From Rhizophagus irregularis (Eukaryota): DNA of 64,000 nt. The translations under genes were made by a program, and so were the position numbers. Each line of letters starts with the position of its first letter. Position 1 is the first letter of the stretch. The DNA lies in the NCBI RefSeq assembly GCF_026210795.1, contig NC_089429.1, positions 3,286,001 to 3,350,000 of the forward strand. The letters are read 5' to 3'. Of this stretch, positions 14,801 through 26,137 are shown one piece after another. Below the pieces are notes generated by a model. That model saw only the letters and a list, made by a program, of their open reading frames with translations. It made no database searches and had not been told where the DNA came from.

Positions 14801-15391
14801 AAATTTTTTGCTTACTCCGGAAGACTGGAACTAATTTAGATACCGGTATATGTCTTCGGCTTCCTTAAAGTCTCCAAGAGTCCGGCGTTTCCTTCAAAAG
14901 AAAAGAAGTCCGGAGACTACTAAAGTGAAACTTTTTAATCCGTTTCTGCATGTTGCAGATTATATTCCGAACGTTGGACGAGCTTGCCAGAAGTTAGAAA
15001 TTTGATTTCGAGTTAAATATTTGGTTCTTCAAAAGGTGTGATAAAAATTTATTTATTTAAAGTATTGTAAGAAAAAAGTTAAAAAAAAATTAACTTTAAA
15101 GTGTAAAAAAAAAAAAGTTTATCAATTAAAAAAAAGATCGAAGATTTTTGTGGGAATAGAAATAATTACATGCCGTAAATTATTCCAATGACCTATCAGA
15201 CTACTGATAGGTATAATAAAATTTTCTTGTCTTTAAAAAATCAGATTTTTTTCATAAAATATTATTAAACATTTCGGATTACCGATACTTGTAAATGTTT
15301 AATATTGCCTATCATGCCATATCGGGTTTCTGATTATTTCCTGATATTTGACCAATACGTTATTACCCGATATTTCATCATTTGACCAGTG
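11889..15391. mobile_element. Non-autonomous CACTA-type element (element E, 3.5 kb) with 3-bp TSD TCA
   Basis: tca|cactggtcgaatga...tcatttgaccagtg|tca. The empty site is visible at ~33966-33980. Confidence 0.9.
12480..14830 (-). repeat. Array of ~19 similar short introns with palindromic branch-point hairpins separating 30-60-nt micro-exons
   Basis: Minus-strand units gtaagtttc..(T-run)..gaaacgttatattaacgtttc..tttttttgtag|G recur every ~110-140 bp. No long ORF recovered. Confidence 0.65.
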
Positions 15392-15921
15392 TCATATAAA
15401 TGCCAATTGATAAGAATAACCTAATAAAAGTATTTAATTATAATATTTAATTATTTTTATGTTTTTTTACCCCCCTTTTTTTGCTTTTTTTGTTTTTTTT
15501 ATTTTTTATTTTTTTATTTTCATATTCATCATTAATTCATTATGATATTCGTCACTTTCTTCATCTTGATCAGTATTATAATCATATGTTGGAATTTCAT
15601 TTGTTGAACGATTAAAACTTTTAAGAGTTTTATCAGTCAGACACCAATTTGGTATATTCACTGGAGGCATACTTATTGTTGTTTTACATCTTTGAACTCT
15701 TTTAATTTTTAGAATTTGAGGTTTTTTCCTAACGGTTGGATCAATCTAATCATGTAATAAATGCTGAAGCTTTAATAAATAATTACTATTAATAAATAAA
15801 ATAAATAAAATAAAAAAAAATAATCATAAATATATAGTATATACTGCAGAAGAACACCACCATGTTTCATATATATGAATTGACATTGTCTTTTCTTTAA
15901 CAGCAGATTCTTCACCAATTA

Positions 15922-17024
15922 CAGTCAATTCCCTCTATAGTCACTCCCGTTATAGTCACATTCTACTATATAGTCACACCAGTTGAATGTTCAAAACACT
16001 TTATTATTAAAATCTATCCTATATAGTCACAATCTATCTATAGTCACTATCACACCTATCCTCAAAAATCTTATATTAAAAAGAACCGTTTATAATCACG
16101 GTTATATAAAGAATATATTAAATAACTTGGCATCTAATAATCGTACAAAGATGTATCATAGCTTGTTAGAATCGTCTCACTGAGACGAATCGAATGGTGG
16201 TAGTTTTATCCTTTTCCTTTGCTATTGTTTACGGCCAGACCACCCATTGCCTCTTATGAGACTAATCTCGGGTCTGTGTCCTATCATCTTCAATAGGCAA
16301 CCATTAAACCGAGTACTTAATTCCTCAGGTAACAGCAGTTTTATCCTTTTCCGACCACTGGCTGACGAGTTATTCAACAAAATGTTAAACATCGGCATTA
16401 TAATATTTCTTGATTTACGTTTACTGCGCCATTTAACATTTTGCTAGATTTCTCGGTACCTAGTGATTGTAAGAAGACGATTTATAGCTCGTTGGAATCG
16501 CCTCATCGAGACGAATCGAATGGTGGTAAGCTCATCTCTCTGTGATCAATATTGACGGAGTTATTACTTAAAAACCATTTAATATTTTTTAATTTCGGAA
16601 ATTGATCTAGTGATTGGATTTCGATGTATCTTATACCATTAGATTCGTCTCATCAAGACGAATCGAATGGTAGTAAGATCGTCTTTCTAGGATCAATATT
16701 GGCAGAGTTATTACACAAAAACCATTAATATTTTTTTAATTTCGGAAATTAATCTAGTGATTGGATTTCTATATATTTTATACCATTAGAACCGTCTCAT
16801 CAAGACGAATCGAATGGCGGTAAGATCATCTCTCTACGATTAATATTGGCGAAGTTACGATACAATAAAGTTTTAAGTATAATTAATTAAAAAGTCTAAA
16901 ATTATGTTAATTTTTGGCCGGAATTATGATATACAAATATAAGAAATTTTTTATATAGTCACATCTCTTTATAATCACCAAATATGGACTGTCCCAAATG
17001 TGTGACTATAAAGAGAGTTGACTG
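15922..17024. mobile_element. Tc1/mariner(pogo)-type MITE (copy 2, inverted relative to 10252-11213)
   Basis: ta|cagtcaattccctctatag...tataaagagagttgactg|ta. Empty site caccaatTAtatcatt at ~34481-34496. Confidence 0.92.
16218..16336 (-). mobile_element. 119-bp retroposed insertion (SINE-like or 5'-truncated LINE end) with 16-bp TSD
   Basis: agttttatccttttcc is duplicated at 16202-16217 and 16337-16352. The insert is absent from MITE copy 1 and ends in AAA on the minus strand. Confidence 0.7.
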
Positions 17025-17829
17025 TATATCATTTTCTTCATCAGAATCAGTTTCCTTCCACTCCTCCGAATGATAACCAGATTCCTTAAGAACTGCATGC
17101 CTCCTTCTCCGGGTATCTACAAATATATTTATCATTATTTTCTATTAAATAGTTTGCCGTTTGAGCTTTTCTTTTTTTTTCTAATAATAATAAATAATTA
17201 TAAAATTAAATAAAATTAACTAAATTCCCACTTCATATTAATAAAATGGTTACTAATGTCCATAGTTCTTGAATTCTTCTTTAATCTCACAGGTCGAATA
17301 GTGTCAAATCAGTCAACAATCAGTCACAAATCGGGTACCCGATTTGTGTATGGTTGCCAACTGATTTTCTCAACCGGGTGCCAACCGGGTGCCAGTCGGA
17401 GTTCCCGATTGGTTGTCAATTTCATTGCAAAATCCGACGCCAATCAGGCCCAGTCCTGTTGGCGCATGACTGATGACCGATTGGTATCAGATATACACCT
17501 GATTGTTGACCGATTATTGACTGGTTTATGTCTGATTGGTAACCGATTTATTTTGTTTAATCTGACACCAACCAGGCATTTGACGGATTAGTGACGGATT
17601 GCCGACGGATTGCTGACCGGTTGCTTTCCAATTTAGCCTGCACTGAATATTTGATTATGGCCCGCATTATACATTTTTTGTAATTATTTGAATTTATAAA
17701 ATTTACCGCACAATTTATACAATTTAAAATGATCACGTTTGATTATATAAATGTATTTTATTATTAACATAAAAATATATAGATATATTGCATTGTATAC
17801 AATAATACTACTAATTTTACAAGCGAAAA

Positions 17830-20800
17830 ATTGGTACATATTCGTTTCTGATTGCCGAAAGCAATGAAATTTGTATCATATTAATATCTTTAAAATATAA
17901 AGTCAGAAACGAAGATCAGAATGAACCTACTGTACATTGTTAAAGCTAAAATAGTGCCCAATCGGTAACGCTTTGATGTATAAAAGATCATTTGATGCAC
18001 ATACAACTCTTCCGCTATTAAGTTTTGGACCACATGCCGTCTCATCTCAAACATAATCGTATGGTTGTAATTCAGGTACATTTGAAAAAAATGAAATTGA
18101 CACATCATTAAAGCCTGAATAGTGTTCAAAAGTTTATCAAAATCGGTAGGTACATTTTCGTTTCTGATCGCTGAAAGCAGAAGTCAATTTGAAAAAAAGA
18201 GATTTGCATCATATTAACATCGTTAAAAAAGTTGTGCTAAAAAGAAAAATCGGTACGAACCTATATCATTAAAAGCTTAAATAGTCCTAAAAGTTAATCA
18301 AAATCGGTAGGTACATTTTTGTTTCTGATTGCTGAAAGCAGAAGTTGATTTGAAAAAAAAGAGATTTGCATCATATTCACATCTTTAAAAAAAGATAGAA
18401 ACAAAAATTGGAATAAACCTACATCATTAAAAGCTTAAATTGTGCTAAAAGTTAATCGAAATTGGTAGGTACATTTTCGTTTCTGATTGCTGAAAGCAGA
18501 AGTCAATTTGAAAAAAAAATGAGATTTGCGTTATATTAAAATCTTTAAAAAAAAATTAGAAACAAAAATCGGTACGAACCTACATCATTAAAAGCTTAAA
18601 TGGTACCTAAAAGTTCATCGAAATTGGTGGGTACATTTTCGTTTCTGATTGCTGAAAGCAGAAGTCAATTTGAAAAAAAATGAGATTTGCGTTATATTAA
18701 AATCTTTAAAAAAAAGTTAGAAACGAAAATCGGTATGAACTTACATCATTAAAAGCTTAAATGGTGCTTAAAAGTTCATCAAAATCGGTGGGTACATTTT
18801 CGTTTCCGATTGCTGAAAGCAGAAGTCGATTTGAAAAAAAATGAGATTTACGTCATATTAAAATCTTTAAAAAAAGTTAGAAACGAAAATCGGTACGAAC
18901 TTATATCATTAAAAGCTTAAATGGTACCTAAAAGTTCATCAAAATCGGTAGGTACATTTTCGTTTCCGATCACTAAAAGCAGAAGTTGATTTGAAAAAAA
19001 AGAGATTTGCATCATATTCACATCTTTAAAAAAAGTTAAAAACAAAAATCAAAATGAACCTACATCATTAAAAGCTTAAATAGTACCTAAAAGTTCATCA
19101 AAATCGGTAGGTACATTTTCGTTTCCAATTGCTGAAAGCAGAAGTTGATTTGAAAAAAAAAGAGATTTGCATCATATTCACATCTTTAAAAAAAGTTAGA
19201 AACAAAAATTGGAATGAACCTACATCATTAAAAGCTTAAATAGTACCTAAAAGTTCATCGAAATCGGTGGGTACATTTTCATTTCCGATCGCTGAAAGCA
19301 GAAGTCGATTTGAAAAAAAAAATGAGATTTGCGTCATATTAAAATTTTTAAAAAAAAGTTAGAAATGAAAATCGGTACGAACCTACATCATTAAAAGCTT
19401 AAATGGTACCTAAAAGTTCATCGAAATCGGTAGGTACATTTTCGTTTCTGATCGCTCAAAGCAGAAGTTGATTTGAAAAAAAATGAGATTTGCGTCATAT
19501 TAAAATCTTTAAAAAAAGTTAGAAATGAAAATCGGTACAAACCTACATCATTAAAAGCTTAAATGGTACCTAAAAGTTCATCGAAATCGGTAGGTACATT
19601 TTCGTTTCCGATCGCTAAAAGCAGAAGTTGATTTGAAAAAAAAAATGAAATTGACATCATTAAAGCTTGAATAGTGTTCAAAAGTTCATCAAAATCGGTA
19701 GGTACATTTTTGTTTCCGATTGCTGAAAGCAGAAGTTGATTTGAAAAAAAAAAAATGAAATTGACATTATTAAAGCTTGAATAGTGTTCAAAAGTTCATC
19801 AAAATCGGTAGGTACATTTTTGTTTCCGATTGCTGAAAGCAGAAGTTGATTTGAAAAAAAAAGAGATTTGCATCATATTCACATCTTTAAAAAAAGTTAG
19901 AAACAAAAATCGGAATGAACCTACATCATTAAAAGCTTAAATTATACCTAAAAGTTCATCGAAATCGGTAGGTACATTTTCATTTCCGATCGCTGAAAGC
20001 AGAAGTTGATTTGAAAAAAAAAATGAAATTGACATCATTAAAGCTTGAATAGTGTTCAAAAGTTCATCAAATCGGTAGGTACATTTTCATTTCCGATTGC
20101 TGAAAGCAGAAGTTGATTTGAAAAAAAAAGAGATTTGCATCATATTCACATCTTTAAAAAAAGTTAGAAACAAAAATCGGAATGAACCTACATCATTAAA
20201 AGCTTAAATAGTACCTAAAAGTTCATCAAAATCAGTAGGTACATTTTCGTTTCCGATTGCTGAAAGCAGAAGTCGATTTGAAAAAAAAATGAGATTTGCG
20301 TCATATTAAAATCTTTAAAAAAAGTTAGAAACGAAAATCAGTACGAACCTACATCATTAAAAGCTTAAATGGTGCCTAAAAGTTCATCGAAATCGGTAGG
20401 TACATTTTCGTTTCTGATTGCTGAAAGCAGAAGTTGATTTGAAAAAAAAAAAATGAAATTGACACATCATTAAAGCCTGAATAGTGTTCAAAGTTCATCA
20501 AAATCGGTAGGTACATTTTTGTTTCTGATCGCTGAAAGTAGAAAAAAATGAGATTTGCATCATATTCACATCTTTAAAAAAAGTTAGAAAACAAAAATCG
20601 GAACAAATCTACATTATTAAAAGCTTAAATAGTGCCTAAAAGTTCATCGAAATCGGTCTGTACATTTTCGTTTCCGATTGCTGAAAGCAGAAGTCGATTT
20701 GAAAAAAAATGAAACTTGCATTAAAAGCTTAAAAATAGTCCCAAAAGTTCAACGAAATCGGTAGGTACATTTTTGTTTCTGATCGCTGAAACAGAAACTG
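17830..20800. repeat. Tandem satellite, ~20 units of ~160 bp with interspersed ~108-bp variants
   Basis: Recurring aaatcggtaggtacattttcgtttccgattgctgaaagcagaagttgatttg(A)n at ~18140, 18300, 18460, 18620 ... 20755. Confidence 0.95.
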
Positions 20801-22612
20801 ATTGAATAAAAATTTATTTCATGTTGAATATCTTACAATGGTTTGATTGTAGAATTAAATAAAAATTCATCATTAGGAGTGAAAAATCGGCACATAAAGG
20901 ATGTTTCAAAAAACCATTTGTCACCTTCGTTACTGGTGAAAATGTAGTCTTTAAGCAAGTAGAATTTCATTTTAATGTGGATTCTACTAACGTACTCCTA
21001 TTGAGCGATTTCAGTTTCCTGATGTTTTCTGTTTAACCTGACAAACCGTAAAGATCTTACCATCATCGGCTAGTGAAACTGCTTTTGAATTTTTATATTT
21101 ATTTTTTGTCCAAGTGTAGAGAATATTCACTCGGTGACCGGTTCGAACTATGCTTCTTCATTCTTCTAACGAGAATTTGTCAAAAATCGAGTTTCAGATT
21201 GCTTCCAATTTGAAGAACTATCATGTTAATCATTTTAAACAAAACACGAATCTTTATCTTTCAGTGATAATATGTTCAAAAGTTCGCAAAAATATTCTCG
21301 CTCCCAAAATTTATAAAACTGAAGAAAAACCTTGTTTACCAAATTACGCACTAAAAATAAAATCACGAGATGCAAATTTGTATTTGTAAATGTAAAATGT
21401 GCTTATTTCCATATTTAGCTAATTTGGCTAGGGCTACAATAATTTCCGATCGGTATTGCGTAATCAAATGCAAGCAAATCTAGCCAATTTAATTAAACCT
21501 CAACCAACCGAAAAGTGAGGCACGCGTCAGTCGCGTCATATTAGTTTATCAGAGGCGAACACCTATTTTCGTGGATAATCATTTTTGTAGCCATCATTTA
21601 GGGCGATCAATCAGAAAACTTTGCTAAATAAAATCATATTTCAAAACCAATACTGTATATTTGCCACCTAATGGAAAAAAGGTATTAATAAATGCTAATT
21701 AATAAATCGATAATTCGAAATATATTTAAGTACTGATTAAACAACAATGCCTTATTGTTTTATATTAGGAAATGAAATTAATTTAACATTTATTTATAAA
21801 ATCTAAAACTTTATTCGTTACAAGCAGTGGACACGGCCCTTTTAAGCTCACCATTATACCCACTAATCGTCCACTTTGGTGCCCCAACAGGCTTTTTGTC
21901 ATCGGCTATATGGTCCACATATACTCGAATACGTTTGCCTCTTTTTACATCTTTGTCCAGATAACCTCGTAAAAACTTGCGAAGCTTATTTACGGTATAT
22001 AAAGGAATTAGTACAGCTTGATTTATAAATCAAATCCTTTAACATATTCATTTACAGTATCCGAACGCCAGGGCAGGTCTTTCACAATAATATTGTTATT
22101 TTCATCCGACTCTTCCGGGCTGTGATAGCAATTTTGTTTGGTAATAGGTTCCAATTCGGTTTTATTGAATTGGCCTATTAAATGATCATTATTGTTTTTT
22201 AGATTGTTGATCATTTTCGTTCTTCTTAGCCTTTTCTGTATCAATAAAATAAATAAATATGGCATTAAAAGATATTTCAGTGTCAACATACTAATTACCT
22301 CTGACCAGCGTGTGTTTTTGTGTTTCTTTTTGATTCCTTTTTTTTTCCTCTAGTTCTTTATTGTTGATTTGGTATGTATCTCGCTGGCTACGATGTCTTC
22401 TATATATAATTTGATAAAGAATATTTTCATTCACCGGGTAAACAGTAAAGTCTATGAGCTGTTTAATCGTAAAGATTATTGTTCTGGTCACGAATTCTTG
22501 TTGAGATTTGAAAGTTTTGCTTGGATCCAATCGGCCTTCTTTGGGCATTCTGCTAATATTCCAGAAAATATCTCACTAAAATAATTTATGCAGTTAATAA
22601 AATTAAATAAAC

Positions 22613-23797
22613 CATATGGGCTGATTTGTCTACCTTTAATTAAAATATTGATTTTATTACATTTTTATTATACAAAATACTATATAATATACAGTAAATT
22701 GGGGATGAGTATTAAAAAATTTTTATTTAATGTTATTATACTATAATTTGGTAAATATTTCTTTTAAATTATCGCAGTTTTCAGAATTCTGTATACGTTA
22801 TAATTACTTGATGATTATGATTACAGGACAATAACTGGACAATTACTGGACAATTACTGAGTGATTATGATTATAGGACGATTATAGGACAATTACAGGA
22901 CAATTACCGGGCAAAATTGTCCAGTTTTTGTCCAGTAATCGTCCTATAATCATAATCTCATAATCTTTTTTATTAGATGACCTGCAGGGGGTAGCACAAT
23001 TTTGAAAAGCGCAATAATATAATTCTTAGCACTTACTATATATGTTAAAATTTTGTATTTCAACTTTAAACGTAAATATCTCCAGATCCAGTGATCCAAT
23101 CGGCAAGCTCTTTTTTCGTTCATATAGACCAGATCAAGGGCTTTCCAAAGAGCCTAAATTTATAAAAAATGGATTAGTGGATCCCAAGATATTTGCATTT
23201 AAGCATGTTAAAAAGTTTGTACCTCAACTTTAAATGTAAATATCTCTGGATCTAATGATTCAATCGGCGAGTTCTTTTTTCGCCTATAAAGTTCAGAACA
23301 AGGGCTTTCCAACGAGCCTAAAATTATAGAAAACGGATCAGTAAATCTTGATATATTTGCATTTAAAGATAGTAATACAAACTCCGACATAAAATAATTA
23401 TTTTTATTGTTTGAAAATACCTATTATGATACCATCTTTTATATGATATTTTTATTATATTTTTATAAACATTTATAGCTGCTAAGACTATATAAATTTT
23501 TATTTTACTTTATATTTTATTAAAATATACTTACTTTTTAATAATATATGTTAAAAATTCCATATATATAAGAAATGGGTTTTTTATTAGTGAAATGGGT
23601 TTTTTCACAGCTTTTTTACATTTAATAATTTAAGTTTCGCAAATGTAAATTTTTGTTCAACTTATTATTTAGTCAAGTGATCATCAATCAGATGATTTTT
23701 TGGTATTACAAAACAATTTTGAGTAACAAAAATTATGAAAATCAATTTAATAACTCCTTTTAAGTTTTAATGCAGAGTAAACAAATTAGCCCATATG
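22613..23797. mobile_element. CATATGGGCT-terminus element (copy 2, inverted)
   Basis: catatgggctgatttgtctacc...acaaattagcccatatg; reverse-complement match to 118-1574. Confidence 0.85.
22772..23014. mobile_element. Small MITE with imperfect TIRs and TA TSD
   Basis: ta|tcgcagttttcagaattctgta...tagcacaattttgaaaagcgcaa|ta. Absent from copy 1 (~1410-1425). Internal ggacaattac repeats. Confidence 0.8.
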
Positions 23798-24780
23798 CTA
23801 ACATATAAAGAAAATAAATAACGATAATTTAGAATTTTATTTACATGTAAAGCCTCTTTCAAATCTTTGTCCATTTCGTCCAAATTTTTATACCGCTTGA
23901 ATCCAACGGATTCGGTATTAATCAACGGGCCATCAGAACGTCGACGACTTAAATATTTATTACCATACTTTCTTCTGCGTCGTCACTTTCAGAATACATT
24001 CGACGATCTTTTGACTTTTTCTGGTTTATGGACTTTGCTGCACTCTCGTCATCGGAAGTTTGCTGATATTTTTTTATATTCTTTCTTTTAGCGATATTAT
24101 CCTTTTCTTCATTCTCGGAAATTCGCTGATTTTTTCTTAGATCTTTCCTTTTGACGTTATTATCCTCATCTTCGCCATCGGAAGTTCGCTGATTCTTTCT
24201 TATATCCTTTCTTTTGACGTTATTATCCTCGTCATCTATTTTGAAAATTCGCCGATTTTTTCTCGGGTCCTTTCTTTTGACATTATTTTCTTCTTCATTG
24301 ATTTCGGAAATTCACCGATTTTTTCTTTTGACGTTATTTTCTTCTTCATCGATTTCAGAAATTCACCGATTTTTCCTTAGGTCCTTTCTTTCGACGTTAT
24401 TTTCCAGACCTATAATGTAAACTGATACATCCCGAGTTGTAAAAATTCCTTGGATATGCATCACAAATTCATTACCTTTTTTACGCCTGTACCCCTTATA
24501 TTTCTCTCTTAACGAATCCGAAACGGAGGTGTCAGAATCGGTATAAGAAATTAAGCCCGAATCACATTTCGTTTGTTGGCTTGACCAGTTATAAAAAGGC
24601 TAATAATAAATAAATGTAAATAAACTAACTGGTATAGATAAACTCCAGAAATTACTTACATATTCGCTTGTTTCTATTGAACATGTTGGGCATATTAGTC
24701 AAAAAAATAAATAAATAAATAAAATAAAAGTCAGCTAATGAGTAATTGACTTCATTTTAACGCTCAGAGCTTAGTGTAAC

Positions 24781-25541
24781 TAAAATTGCCTGCCGAAATT
24801 AGGGAGTTTCGGCATGTCGAAATTGTCGAAACTATTTCGACATTTTGACATTGGCTCTCTGATTTGCCGAAATGCCGAAATAGTTTCGACATGTCGAATT
24901 GTCAAACCTAAAAATATTACGTTTCACATAATAACTAGCATCTAATGATCGTAGAAAGATGCATCATAGCTCGTTGAAATCGTCTCATAACGACGAGTCG
25001 AATGGTGGTTAGATCGTCTTTCTACGATTACTGGATGCCGAGATATTTAATGAAACGTCAAAAATCAGCATTTTGTATTTTGCGATACTGCACCATTTAA
25101 CGTTTCGCCTATTATCTCGGCATCCAGTGATCGTAAAAAGATGATTTAACCACCATTCGACTCATCGTTATGAGACGATTCCAACGAGCTATGGTGCATC
25201 TTTCTAGGATCATTGGATGCCGAGTTATTATGTGAAACGTCAAACGGCGCAGTATCGCAAAATACAAAATGCCAATTTTTGACGTTTTGTTAAATATCTC
25301 GGCATCCAGTGATCGTAGAAAGACGATCTAACCACCATTCGACTCGTCGTTATGAGACGATTCCAACGAGCTATGGCGCATCTTTCTACGATCATTGGAT
25401 GCCGCGTTATTACGTGAAGTGTAATATTTTTAGATTTCGACAATTTCGACATGTCGAAACTATTTCAGCATTTCAGCATTTCGACAGGTTTTAGTTTCGA
25501 CATTTCAACAATGGCCTGTAGAGTTTCGGCAGGCAACTTTA
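24781..25541. mobile_element. hAT-type MITE with 8-bp TSD
   Basis: agtgtaac|taaaattgcctgccgaaa...tttcggcaggcaacttta|agtgtaac. Palindromic body. Confidence 0.9.
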
Positions 25542-26137
25542 AGTGTAACTATTATGCAAAATTCATTTTTTAAGTATGAAAAGAATATAAGCCCAGAGGT
25601 TAAAAAGCCAACAGATAGGCGGATAAAAGCCCAGGTGCATAAAAAGACCCAGTCATCCAAAAGGACAAACAGATAAAGTCCGGTTATATAAAAAAGCTTA
25701 GCGCGCAAAAAACCTTGAGGCTTATGAAAGGACAACGGAAAAATTTTAAATAATAAAAGCCAAGGCTTTGAAGTAAAAGCCTAAGTATGTAAAAAACTTA
25801 ACAGACTATCAGATAAAAGTCCGGTTGCATAAAAAGCCAAGGCTTCTGAAGGTAAAAATGTACGTAAAAAAACAGAACGAACAAACGGATAAAGTTCAGT
25901 TGCATAGTAAAGCAAGGCTTTAAAAGTAAAAGCCCAGGCACGTAAATATTTGAGGCTTTCGAACGGTTCTAAACAGACAATATTACTTACAAAAATTATA
26001 TAAAAGAACAAAAAGAACGCAAAATATTAAACGCGAAAAAATGAGGTTAATTTATTTTATTTGATCAATAAACCGCATGGAAAATTGCCAGTTTTTACAA
26101 TAGTAACATTGGTGTGATCTTGAATTTTAACCATAAA

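Larger units (their letters stand above)
11447..17287. mobile_element. Left part of a CACTA/EnSpm-type element (element D), same family as 33518-54478, interrupted by later insertions
   Basis: Starts cactggttaaaatt. Segments 11447-11888, 15392-15921 and 17025-17287 are colinear with 33518-34752. Right end not in window. Confidence 0.85.
21811..24693 (-). pseudogene. Spliced accessory (TnpA-position) gene of element C, degenerate, with 60-bp coding repeats and an intronic MITE
   Basis: Exon peptides MPKEGRLDPSKTF.., YHSPEESDENNNIIVKDLPWRSDT and KLRKFLRGYLDK..KPVGAPKWTIS resemble the 34046-region gene (YHSEEW.ETD, PVDTPNWCL). 20-aa repeats at 24090-24410. Start uncertain. Confidence 0.6.

Noticed and set aside
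16227..16336. 5S rRNA gene or SINE3 (gtttacggccagaccaccc resembles a 5S 5' end)
   Set aside because: Similarity is limited to short patches, Box A/C are not colinear, and the A-tail and terminal stem point to the opposite strand.
16218..16336. Hammerhead ribozyme (CUGAGGA followed by a stem on the minus strand)
   Set aside because: No GAAA after stem II, so the catalytic core is incomplete.
17830..20800. CRISPR-like array
   Set aside because: Units are wholly repeated with no unique spacers, the context is eukaryotic, and no cas genes are present.
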